The translations under genes were made by a program, and so were the position numbers. Below the pieces are notes generated by a model. It saw only the letters and a list, made by a program, of their open reading frames with translations. It ran no database searches and was not told the DNA's origin. DNA of 63,695 nucleotides, filler included, from Choristocarpus tenellus KU-1152 (taxonomy: Eukaryota; Protista; Phaeophyceae): NCBI GenBank assembly GCA_964200185.2. It is 13 parts of 13 records of this genome, joined end to end, with 100 filler letters (N's around TTAATTAATTAA, not from the genome) between each part and the next. Parts side by side here need not be neighbours in the genome. Positions count along the whole stretch, not along the records: positions 45,626 to 48,939 come from CAXNAD020020868.1; positions 49,040 to 52,153 come from CAXNAD020022226.1; positions 52,254 to 60,855 come from CAXNAD020004540.1; 10 more parts are not named here. One strand, written 5' to 3'. Each line of letters opens with the position of its first letter. Position 1 is the first letter of the stretch. Below, one piece after another: positions 47,901 through 60,576 of this stretch.

Positions 47901-49039
47901 TTATCAATTTTGCTTCTCTTATAACTTGTTGATACCTCGGGTCAATTTGACACAAAGATTTTTTTATTCGACCAATGTCTTTCCAACAATTGCCCTGTGT
48001 GTAACAAATAATGATAATGTTACTGCTCAAGTCACCTGTTCGTAGCCCATTTACATTTGAATTGTTAAGGATAGGAGTATGAATCCTTCCAACAGTTTGA
48101 AAGTGCCATTGTGTGTGTCTAGGTAAGTGCGAAATATCGGTACTCAAGTTATCTGTTTCTTGTGCTCAGACTGGAGTAGTGAAATGGACAGAATACGGAA
48201 TTGAATCCTTCAATGACTTCGGAACTATCCCTTTGTATTAAAGTGCAAAAGAGTTCCTCTTGTCGCCTGTCATTATCTCAAGCCATCTCCACAAGACGGA
48301 CAGAAAACGATGGTGCACCCTTCCAACAACTTGCGAAAAGTAGCTACTCAAGCCACACGTTAGTAGCTTGTTTAGGTTTGAGTTGTAAAGCAGGCGGGAT
48401 TCGGTATTAGGTTTCAACGGTATTATGATGCCATTGTGTGTCTCACTGTGAATGTTGCTGCTCAAGTCCCTTTTGTTGGTGCCTTGTAAAGATTTGTGAT
48501 GAAGATCGGTATTTCCAATGGTTTTGAAATTAACACTGTGTGATTATACAGAAAATGGTTTCAGATTCTTCTAATGCCTTTTAACTGGTTGGGTGTGCCT
48601 ACCGGCGAATGTTGTTACTTGGATCACCTTTTGGCATCACGTGTCGATTGAACAAAGAAAAACATGGTCTTGGATCCCACACTATGTTATGTGCTATTGT
48701 GTGTCTACGCGCGAATGTTGCTGCTCAAGTCACCTGATTATATCTTGTACCAATTAAACAAATTAAACTGGCAGAAAACGTGCTAGGATCCCTTCAAATG
48801 GTTTTATAACTGACAGTGTGTGCCCAGCATCAACGTTGCATCTCAAATCATCCCTCGTTGTTTTATGCGATTGAACAGGAAATACTGTCATATACCAGTT
48901 TTTAATCCTTACATCGGTGGCTCAAAGTATCTGGGGGGGNNNNNNNNNNNNNNNNNNNNNNNNNNNNNNNNNNNNNNNNNNNNTTAATTAATTAANNNNN
49001 NNNNNNNNNNNNNNNNNNNNNNNNNNNNNNNNNNNNNNN

Positions 49040-49540
49040 CTGCAACATGTTCTACGATACCTAGCAGGCACCATGAAAGTAGGGATACACTATCCTGCTG
49101 GTGGTGAATTGAACAACGGGGGCCTGGTCGGGTATGGAGACTCAGACTGGGGCAATGACACTGCTACAAGATGAAGCGTGATGGGATACCTAATCCTAAT
49201 AAATGAGGCACCAATTGCATGGAAATCCAAGATGCAAGGAGCTGTAACTGCATCTTCATCAGAAGCAGAATGGACAGCGATGGTACATGGAATGAGGCAT
49301 GCAGTATTCCTCAGAGGCATCCTGGGGGAGCTGGGCATACCCCAAGGGTCCACGACTTGGTATGGGGAGAATTGAGGCGCGATCCAAGCAGCAATAACTG
49401 AAGGCTTCAACGGAAGGACAATGCATGTCAATAAAGGATTTTTTAGAGTAAAGTATATACCCACAATACTACAAGTTGCAGACATCTTGACCAAAAGATT
49501 ACGTAAGAAGTAGTTAAGAAGACTTTTTCGACAATGTGTT
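49040..49540 (+). mobile_element. Ty1/Copia RT-RNase H remnant
   Basis: 'VLRYLAGT...LVGYGDSDWG...R*SVMGY...IAWKSKMQ..V..SSSEAEW...QVADILTK', with stops and a deletion. Confidence 0.92.
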
Positions 49541-49578
49541 GACTAGATGAATTTCGTGCGTTAAAGTTGAAGCAATCT

Positions 49579-49837
49579 CTGTGAAAGTATCTTAGAGGGT
49601 ACGAGTTTTGCCCTGTTTGTCCGTTTGGGGCTTGGCTTCCCACGAGTTTTTTACGACATTTTACCTACTCTGAAGTGTTTCGGAGTAGGCAAAATATATA
49701 CGTTTTGAAACGGTGAGTCCAGAAGAAGGATATTGACACCTCCTAACAAACACAACAGTCAAAATCGCATCAAAATCGCAACATCTAACTTTGACCCAAA
49801 AATGGACGCGGCTCTACCCTCTAAGATACGTTGATGC
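49579..49837 (-). mobile_element. MITE family B, complete
   Basis: CTGTGAAAGTATCTTAGAGGGTA ... TACCCTCTAAGATACGTTGATGC; TCT duplicated. Confidence 0.88.
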
Positions 49838-50324
49838 TCTGCGTTCTTTTACTACATTGACAGGATAAATGTGATGTGTGTGAGAGTTGAACCAATTCTT
49901 TTACTTCCATTCTCATGGGGGAGTGTGCAGAATAAGACGTTTTAGGTTTGAGAGTTCTAGCAACCCTTCATCATTGCCTGCACTCTCATGGGGGAGTGTG
50001 CAAAATAGGACAATAGTGAGGTGTACCTTATTTTGTGTATGAGAGATGTGACTAATGAGATAGTACATCCGGATTATGAATGGGAATAAAAGACATGTCA
50101 CCCGCGTCCAAAATTGGTTGTGGGGAAAAAGAAAGAGCAGATACAACAGTTGTTACATGTCCTGCTTGTGGCAACTTTTGGTGTGCTGACCTTGAATGTT
50201 TACAGTGTTGGGTCTTATTTGCTCTCTCTACTACATCTGAGGCTGCCCTATACAACAAGTCCCTAGTTTCTTCTTGAACTCTTATCCCTACAGTGTCCTG
50301 GGAACCAGAATCTGCAAGGCACCC

Positions 50325-52153
50325 CTATTTCTGCCCGATCCTAGTTCGTTTCTCCCCGGATTCAGGGTGGTCTTCAGCGTCCTTCGACGTCGACTGCATC
50401 TGCTGTGAAGACTCTGTTAAACGTGCTGTGATGGCAGACATCAACTGATCAAATGACTTGGTCGAATCTTGGTTTCGGCGGTCTTTTCTGGCCGGACGTT
50501 CGTGGGTTGTCCTTGAGGGGTGATAATTGTTGCCCGCAGGATTGTACCAACAGTTCTCCATCATATGTCCCTGCCGTGATCTTGCACTACACCCTTCGAA
50601 TTGACATACTGGGCGGGTATCAGCAGGCTCGGGAAAAGTTTGGGGAAAAGTTCGCGAAGGTTTGTCAGGGCGATTTGTTCGTCGCTTCCTTTCAGGTTTC
50701 GGATTTCAGCGTTGGCCCTTTCCAGCTCGCCTGCAAGAGTCTTTGCTACCGTCAACAACGGGGCCAAGTCAGAGGGTCGTAAGTCTGTTGGGTGTAAATT
50801 CCCTAAGTTATCGACAGATATACTAGAGGTCACCCACCACATTAGCAAACGATCCCCTGTCCAAACTCGACATTGCAGATGCTTGACCAACTGCTGCATC
50901 AACTAGTACCGCGAAATTCTCGTAACGCTGAGGATTCGATCGCAAAACATCTAGAATAGCAGGTAAAACACCGATGTTGAACGCGCAGTATCGGAGTCTG
51001 TCCGTCAGAAGGGAAATCAGGGCTGTGGGGGTCAGGTCAACAGGCTCGAGGTCACTTCTGTCATGTGGCTGGATTCTCAACTCACGTACAAAGGAATTGA
51101 TTGACTCAATTACCCGTCTTGCAAATGCCCGAACATCCTCTTTCGGTTCCTGTCGCATATCAATCAAATCGCGAAACGTTCTGTCTAGCGGATTTGGTAC
51201 AGAAAATTCCTTCAGGCTTGCCGTAACAAATTCCTCCCAAGAGGCTACATTCAATGTTTCATAAAACGATCGAACACTTGCTTGGTCGGGACTGGTACCA
51301 CTAGGGATTTGATGTTGGAACAGGTGCATGCACACACCTCTCAGAATTTGTTCGTAAATTTTGCTTGCTTCTATGGACGATTTATTCACCATATCAATAG
51401 CGCCTACTCGATTTTTGAAAATCATGAGCAACTTTCCGAAATTGGCTACGGGGGCACAACCTTGTTCTTGCACATCCCAAAAACGCATGGGGGGTAAGTC
51501 TTTATGTGAAGGATACTTCACAATCAAGGGGTTACCATAGGGGTGGTCAGAAACAGGTGGGTTGTTTGCATCTGCACACGTATTACTCATCTCCATGTTT
51601 AATGTCTGCATTGCCGCAGCCACCAAACCTTGGTCGTGTGGAGTCCCCTCCATAGCTTCATCAACGATCTTCTTGGCGTAGGCAAGCTGGCGATTCATGT
51701 ACGCTTGGATTTCGAACGTTGCCTCTGCACTGTCTTCGACTTGCTCTTCTTGGTCTTCACCCAGCATGCTGTACCGGTTCAGGCCCGGATTACGGGCAGG
51801 GCCTTCCCTCAGCCTCTGCGCCGCCATCCCTTCCTGCTCTAGCGAGCCACCAGGGATGCCTCTGTCTGCAGAAATAGACGTGGGACTCGGTTGAGGTTGG
51901 GTGTTTATACTACCCCCCTCATTACCTCCTTCGGTTGTTGGCGTTGCATGGGTCGCCTTCTTCTTCCCCTTGCGAGTTGCGAACTTCTCTTTGGTATTGC
52001 TGCTGATGTGTGACGTTGCAGCAGGTGTGGGGGTAGTAGTGTCCGACATAACGTGGCGTGAGTTAGCTCCCCTTGAACACTAGGCGTGAGTACCACTGTG
52101 GAAGTGTCAAAGGTGCCAAGTTCTCTGCTCAAGGGGGCAATCACAATCACCGA
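50325..52153 (-). mobile_element. Ty3/Gypsy-like 5' part: LTR end (52097-52153), primer-binding site (about 52083-52095) and a frameshifted gag (50325-52049)
   Basis: ...TTCCACA-G-TGGTACTCACGCC precedes a 408-aa ORF containing 'ASWEEFVTASLKEFSVPNPLDRTFRDLIDMRQEPKEDVRAFARRV' (retrotransposon gag pattern). The downstream frame has a knuckle-like 'CSARSRQGHMMENCWY'. Confidence 0.75.
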
Positions 52154-52373
52154 NNNNNNNNNNNNNNNNNNNNNNNNNNNNNNNNNNNNNNNNNNNNTTA
52201 ATTAATTAANNNNNNNNNNNNNNNNNNNNNNNNNNNNNNNNNNNNNNNNNNNNATAACAGAAGTGGAATTGATGGAGCAAAAGGAGTAAGTCAGCAAAGT
52301 GGGATCCCCCCCCCCTGCCCTCCCACAGTTGTCATCTTACAGAACAACTCATAACAACTCGGCATCATCTCAC

Positions 52374-55300
52374 CCGTCCAGGACACTTGTGATCAGTGGA
52401 GACACGGCCTCATAAACCCCCTCCTGCGTGCTATCTGGCCGGAAGACCCGATCGAACTCAAACCTCATGTCTGTAGCCTCATCCCTAATAACACACAGAG
52501 CATACCAACAAAGTGTGGGACACACACATAGGGATTGTACACGCCAACATGTAACAAACAAAACCAATTGGAAAATGTACCAACCACACAGAAACAACCA
52601 GACGCCAAGACATACACAATGGACAGGCAGGAAGGATAGTAGTATGCAGGTGAGACTTGTAAAAAACAGGTTGAAATATGTGTATTAAGATTCATGGTAT
52701 CTATCATCTCAGAGCAGTGCACCAAAATTAACCTGCCCCTATCACCTAAAATCCTTGAAAGTAAATCTAGAAAGTGCCCCTCAAGTCTGACCATCCCCCT
52801 TTCTCTTTTCCAAGTAGCAGAGTGTACCTTTTAGTGACACAAGCTACAAAACAGCAACCTGACTGACCTCAACATAGTGCACTAACCTTCAGATCAGGCA
52901 ACATACAGGCAAGTTCAAGTCTTTCTTTTTATCCTTCAAAATCAACAAGAGGCTTTATGTGTGATGTCATTATATCTAAACAATAAGAATAAAATATAAA
53001 ATACACCCCAATGAGCTAAAACCTTTCACCCTCTGATGAACATAAAAACATGAAATACGAACATGACCAGTTCAACAAGTACCACTACATCTTTCATCTT
53101 TCATATCAAATCCTAAACCAAACCCACAGTAATCCAATGCACAATTCTAACCTAAGCCCTACTTATACAATAATCTATACTACCCGGGACACCTTTACCA
53201 GTCAATTCCAGTCTATATTTCTATAGTAAGCACAGTCTAGCGTATCATTTCTACTTCAGTCCAGCCTAACTCAGGTCGCATCAATCCAACAAAGTGACAA
53301 ACAACCTTTCGTTCTAGCTCACCGTTTAATAACCAGGTCGTCCTCCGCAGGGTAATCAGTGACATCTGCACTCTTACCACTCTTCACCTCAGCCTGTTCA
53401 AAAAACCATCCCAACAACAACGTCATAAAAAACAATTTTTCACAAAAAGGCACCAAATAATCAACAGAGGAGAGAAGCACAAAAGCGCATGGCAAATGAG
53501 AGGGGGAGGAGAGAAGGCAAGAGTGTGTACGGATGAGACCAATTCAACTTCAACTTCTAAGGTAACACATGAAAAACGTAACATACTTACTATACACACA
53601 CTTCAAGTACAGAGTACATGAAAGTGCATCCAGATATACACAAATTTACACCAATTTTAAACCATAATTCATGTCAAAATTCCCTGGAAATGTATCAGTC
53701 ATTCATAGAAAACATCAAGGACAAATATATAATCCTACAAGAAAATTCCCCTATAACTCTAACTTGTAACTATTAATTAAACATAAAATAATCTACCTCA
53801 CCAAGATGATGAACTGTCATCTCAACAACAAATGCTCAGGAAGTACTAAAAAACTCCAAGTAACATCCACAACTGCAAACACACTTTCTGCTGTGAGAGT
53901 AGAAATTGCCTTCACCAAATCATTAAATGGAGAGGAATCAAGTCTAAGGCACAGAGGATAAATCACTCTTTCACCTCAGTCAGCAATCTAACTCTAGAAA
54001 AAAGCACACCCCAAGGATGTTACTAGTATCACACACATATATCGCAAATCCCTCGAAACTAAACTACTACAAAGATCACATCCCACTCCTTTACACGGCA
54101 AGGGAAGGGCATGAGTACAATTACCTTCACAACAACAACAACAACAACTGCCCCCTCAATCCCCCCCGATGACCATTGCACCATCACCAACCCCAGATCA
54201 TCAAATATGAGACCATCTCAACCTCCGAATCACATGGGAATTACCTCAACCACCTAAGCCGTGTCCCCATTTGAATTTGAAACCTCAACAGCCTTGTACC
54301 TCAATTCACAGCAACAGGACCACTGTGACGATCTACACCTCAAACCATGAAACAATCTTAGCTAAAATGAAGTGGAACTAATGAAACTCCCTCTGTCTAC
54401 ACACCTCAACGATGGGTCGCACACGAGCAAGAACCCTAATGTTCCCCTCCAGATCCATGAGCCTATTCAAGGGGGGAATGAGATAGTGGAAGAGGATAGA
54501 GAAGTGAATCAATGTAGTGCAATGTACCTTTTGTAAGTGTACAGATATGTTCTAGTGTACTCTGAACTACAATGACACTGAAAGAAAAATAGTTTTACAT
54601 CATACTGGGGGTGAGTAAGCAGGTAAGCAGGCTGCTGAAGCAATATAAACAGGAGCACCCAGAGGACCCAAGCACTCTATTGGTAGACGTATATCACACT
54701 CAGATCGTGTATGCCACTGTGTCAAAAATAAATAATTTGAACTAAATCGCAATCCAACATGCATATATGGAAGGTTCCACATCAGTACCAAACATCATCT
54801 CAACTGACACATGCACCCTATTTTCTCTTTCAGTTCTGATCCTCTGAGTCATCCTCACCTTTTGTCCTATGTATCCTCAAGCATGTAACCAACACCCCAC
54901 ACTTTGTTAAATCAAGGAACACATGGCAAAATCATAACCAGACGTGTGCACAATGTTCTCAAGGAGTAAAAGAAAAAACACATACAAAACTACAGTATAG
55001 TACATTACTATTGTAACCACTATCACTATCACTGTCACAGTCAATGATAGCAGCAAGGGTGAGCTCGAGATCACAAAAATACTGTTCAGAACCCCCCCAC
55101 CCCACTCTGTCCCAACCCATCACACACACAACACTTTGACACTCACTTGTTGTGTATGGCCCTGCGTTTCCTGTTCTCCTTTGCATAAAGTTCCTTTGCC
55201 TGATCACGTTCCTTGTTAGTGTTGACCATATCTTCCTCCATTTTGGACCTGAATAAATATCAAGATCACATAGAATATTTTCATGTATGTAGGTATTAGA

Positions 55301-58300
55301 GCCACCACCACATGAAAAAAAACGTAACACTCTGTCAAGTTTCATCTAGGGGAGGAGCAAAACAGTCTAGTAAAAGACAAAAAGCAATGCATTGAATAGG
55401 AGGGTTTTATCAGGTTCTTATGAGACAGCGAGGGAGATGATGGTGGGGGGCTGGGAAGGGACACAAGGCATGTACAGCTTGGACAGGGTAGGTAGGGTGG
55501 GGTTTCCAGTACTGTAGTCACTCTTATGCAAGAACACAACACATAAGGAGGAAGTACAATAATCAACACAAAACACAAAACATTTCATGCACAAGGACAT
55601 ACGCATTAGACAAAAAATGGAATATGTGGGTACATGCTCATCTTCACTGACACAATCTCTGCCCCATCCCCCCAGGCCATCAAAAAACTCAACTCTTCAA
55701 ACAGAATTCCTCATATGTTAACCTAGCCCCGCAACACCATCTACTAACACACAATGAGCAGGGGCACAACAACAGCCATAATTAATACAATTGAGATAAG
55801 TATTGACAGATAGTTTCTATACCAGCAGACTCTTCCAAGAAAAACTTACCTGAGGCGATCAAGCTCTCCCTGTTTCTCCTTTTCAAATTTGTCTGCCTGC
55901 TCCTTGAGGGCCTCTTCCTTCACCTTGATTAGGGTCTCCTCCTTCTCTTTAAGGGCTTCCTCTTTTTCTGCAACCAAACGTGCCTTTGTGGACAACAGAT
56001 ACCAAAGGTGGTCGTACACCCAGCACCAAAACAAAACATGTGTTGCCCTCACTTTCAGAAGATCACTCAGAGTCTAGGTGGAAATTAGGGGGCAGATGGC
56101 CCACAGATTAATCCAGACAGAACCCCAGTCTACAATTTGAAGATGTTGACATTAGTTCTGCGTAAGACAAGTGCCTTGGTAGTATTTCAATATTTCAAAA
56201 CCCTGACAAAGTCAGAGGTCCTGGGCTTGAGCCACCAATGGGGCGCTTTCCTCTGGTTCACTATTACACTAAGCTGACTAAATCACAACAAAAAGACTTA
56301 GAACACACACACACACAAACACAGCAACAGAGGCTAATCACCAAGAACATACCTCTGTGTCAGTGACCTTCTGGAGTGCTTCATCCCTCTCCTTCTTGGC
56401 AGCCTCCGTCTTGGCCGTTGCTGCAGACAAAGCACTTGCCAATTCTGCCTCCTGATTGGCAAGTGAAAGTACAAATTTGGAATGCACAACTTGTGAGCGT
56501 TTTTCTTTAAACTGTTTCTGTCTATGGATACAGGGAAAATACAATCCTTGACAAAATAAAAATAAAAATACCTCATCATCGAGAACAAAACAAAGATCAA
56601 TGTAATTAATGTACATACCTAACGTAATGTCTTCTAAAGTACCATCACACGAGACACAGGAGCAGATCACACACTTAATTGTCCAGGCTCATCCTATAAC
56701 GTAGGAGGTTTGCCATGTGGCATCAATCCAAAATTTTCACCCCTGGCATATTGGCACCTACTATTGTCCATTGACACTCTTGAAGATTTTATTATAACCA
56801 TGGCACAAAAATAAAGGCTTAGGTGTTCCCACAATTCTATTGTTAAAACACCATCTTGTGAACACCCCATATGAACTAGAGTATACAGCAACACACTGAG
56901 CAACTTCAAGCATCTACAATGCAGCTCTAGCACCCCTACCCAGAAGCCGGCAAGTGCTAAAGGCGATACAAATTGGAGTTCGGGAAGAAAGGTAAATGAA
57001 CAACAAACGTACATACATACATACATACATACATACAAACGTACATACACCTGACACCCAGAAAGCAGAACGATTTTGTCAGACCCAGACCCCAAGGGTT
57101 TCCTATTAATAGCGCAGATTTGAAATCCAACCTACACTGCAACCAGGAACTACCTGATCTATCAGGTGTGCTTGTGACAGGACTGAGTGGAACTACTATG
57201 GAGCAATGAAGCAATATACAGCGATAATGAAGTCTCTACCCAGTGACATAGGTGTGATAGTCTCTTTCAACCCTTTCTAGGGTGTGCAACAACTTGAATG
57301 TCAGGTACGTTCATCTCCTCTTCACTCTTCATTTCCTCCTCTTCCATCTGACCCATCACATATCTATCCACAAAAGAATGATATATGACACCAATACACA
57401 TAATGATGCATCATACATGATACATGATACCAATACACCATACGACAACAGCACCTTTTCTGCAATCAGGGCAGACTTCTCCTTCTCTGCTATTGCCTTA
57501 GCTTCCGCCTTTGCCGCCTCCTCAGCTGCAGCAATTGCACTCTCCCGTTCCTAGTTTGACGAGTCGCCAATGTGTTTAGTCACCAATATGTTTAGTCATC
57601 AGTGTGTTTAGTCACCAATATGTTTAGTCATCAGTGTGTTTAGTCATCAGTGTGTTTAGTCATCAGTGTGTTTAGTCATCAGTGTGTTTAGTCACCAATA
57701 TGTTTAGTCATCAGTGTGTTTAGTCACCGAAGCATGAACAGATCAACCCATGCAAGTGATTCACATATGCAGAGATTGGTAAAGGAAGTATGTCAAGTAG
57801 TGATTGTATGAAATCAGGTCAAGGCTCTAAGCATACGAAAGAAAATACCCTAACCCTAACACTACATCGTGTGAGTGCGTTAACTTGTGGATAAGCCCAA
57901 ACCTCTCCTGAGAATTAGTAGAAGTTCAAATTCAAAATTAAATTAATAGATAACTCATGTGAGGCTCCCCAACCTCTCAAAGCACTTATTACAGATAGAA
58001 CTGTACAGTAGCAATCTCTTGTGTCAAGGATAAACCATTCCCTTCCCAGGGCCCCTCACAAAAACGCAAAGCATCAATAAATGCAAACCTTAGCTCTAGT
58101 TGCTTCCAACTCTGCTTCAGCACCCTCCCTCTCCTTTGCCCTCTTTACAGACAAGACACGAAGATACACACCACCACCATGAAACAGCATATTCCAACCC
58201 ACAGGACATCATGGACAATGAGAACAGACAGCACAATGAGCAGCAAAGGGAACATTAGTTCTTACCAGAGGAAGGCACCAAGTCAGGACTGCACTATGCA

Positions 58301-60576
58301 AAGTGTATCAACCAAGTAGAACAACAAACCCCAACACCAAAGTGATATCAGATCCACACAGCAAAGCCTGTCCCGGTTTAGGTATGGTTGAGATTACCAC
58401 CATCACTGCCGTAATAAACAACACATGAGGCTTCCTGCTGGAAAAAAATATATATATATGCTCTGTATAGTACACCCAATTCAAACCTCCCTGTCATAGT
58501 GTACCCAATTCAAACCTCAGCTGTTGAGAGACTGTAACCGTTTGTATAGTGGAAGGGGTTCTACTACCATCAGATCAACTGCTGAACAGGTTTCCAACAT
58601 TACATCCAAAAAACTAAATATATTCGACTTCAAGAGGTCCGACTGTACACACAAGAGTTAAATGCTTCAAGAAACAGAGTTCTAGTTCAAAGTATTCAAT
58701 ACGGTACTCTAGTTCAAAAAAAGAGAATCTTTGGTTCTTCCCCACTCTCCTTTTACTCCCTTCCCAGTTTTCAGGCACATCTTCAAATTGAATTCACCAC
58801 AGTAAATCACACTACATCACTTCTGTGTAAAGGTTCATACTACCAACCCACTACTGATACACCTCCGTGGAGACCTTACTACAAACCCACCATGCCACTA
58901 CCTACCAGGTACACTACCGGTTCTGCACAAACCCTCTATTAAATCACCCCTAACGGCTGTGGTGTTGCTTAGCATGTGTAACGCTCAACATACTGTGCTT
59001 CAAGTCTCCTACTAGCGGTCACTGTGTAATTACTCTCAGTCGACTAAAAACTGCATTACTCTAGTAAAAACTGCATTACTCTATCCATAAATGCCATCAC
59101 CATACCACGCACTAGAACCCTACATTTATAAACATCACCCATGAGACACTTGAAAAAGTACATTTCAAAACGTGCCATCACTAACAACATTCATTTCAAA
59201 GGGAATTTTTCTGAAAATCTTGTCTCACCTTGCTTTCCTCCTCATCCCTCTTCTTGACCCTCTTTTCCTCCTCTACAGTTGCCTCTGCTACCGCGTCAGT
59301 AACTGCCTGACTCACAGCCCTATCCAAAGTCATGCAATGTAACCCAGTGCATGTGTGTGAGTAACTGAGACCCAAACAGAATTTCAGGGGACATCAAGCA
59401 ACCTAAACCACACCCTGCAATCTTAGTGGGGAATACAGTGATATCTGTTCTAGAAAACACTGGGTTGGGGAAGACAACCATGTGGAGACACAGTAAAGAA
59501 CCAAACCATTCAAGTAATTCCTGTTCATTAGTTGGTGTCCAACTGCCTTATTTAATATTTCACTCTGGACAGACATGTACAGCACACAATACAATCCAAA
59601 GAGCAGTAGAAATAAAAAGACTTTCAGGGACAAGATAGATATTTTTATTTTCAAGGTACTTTCTACCACATGCACCATGGTACAGCTGATAAAACAGAAT
59701 ACCAGTAAGGCCTATACTACACACAATTTCATTGATGTGTTCACTTTAAAGAGATTTAATAGTAGCTACTCCTACCTTTGGGAAAGAGCACTGTTCATTA
59801 CACAATAATATACTACTACAGCATACATCACAAAGTATCAACTGAACCATGCCTACCGATATGCCACAGTTCCAAGAGGCCTTGAACAACAAGCGATAAA
59901 AGCCCCAATCAAATCAAATCAAAAACCCACTCATAAAACAAATGGAATCACAACAGGCTGTATACAATAAAAACACTGCAGATGATAACACATTCATCTG
60001 CCCTCATGAGTGAACAACATACAAGTGAACAACCCAATAGAAATATTAAGCCACACAAAGGGAAGCAGGCACACAATCACCTTTCCAAAATTACCACAAA
60101 GGGCTAGGTGAGCAACAAAGGGAAGGTGGGGCTGGCAAGGGCACAGTGGGTATGGAGGGGTAAGGCAGTGCAACTCACATTTCAAGGGCAACCTGATGCT
60201 CCTCCTGCGCTTTGGAGATGGCCAAGGAGCGTTCACGCTTCACAGACTCTGATACTTCAGTATCTAGCTTTGATCTGAAGGTGCACCATGCAGATAAAGA
60301 GATGAGATTAATTAATGATCAAGAAAAAGAGATGTGATTAATGATCAAGATAAAGCAGTGGTGGGGTGCAGAGCATGAGAGAAGGGGGGGCGAAGGAGAG
60401 GAGAAAAAATCCAAAAATCAATTGTATTGAGCTGTGGATGCCAATGTGGACGGGTTTGTTTCCATGCAAGAGACTCAAACATACACCAAGAAATGTAAGC
60501 TTGGGAACAACCTGAGTTCAGTGAGAGCCTCCTCAGCTTCCTTTCGAAGAGCTGCCTCCTGCTCACTGAGCTTCTT
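52374..60576 (-). CDS. Kinesin-14 (C-terminal motor), internal part; exons about 60512-60576, 60179-60274, 59229-59319, 58089-58142, 57455-57550, 56353-56451, 55850-55983, 55147-55248, 54405-54462, 53323-53393, 52374-52484
   Basis: A long coiled coil, then the kinesin-14 neck and motor start 'KENRKRRAIHNK|LMDLEGNIRVLARVRP' and 'FEFDRVFRPDSTQEGVYEAVSPLITSVLDG'. GT-AG exons are in phase. Confidence 0.92.
57569..57728. repeat. Minisatellite, 10 x 16 bp (ARTRTGTTTAGTCAYC)
   Basis: Directly visible tandem array in a kinesin intron. Confidence 0.95.

Noticed and set aside
57569-57728. CRISPR-like appearance of the short repeat array
   Set aside because: Head-to-tail 16-bp units with no unique spacers and no cas genes, inside a eukaryotic intron.
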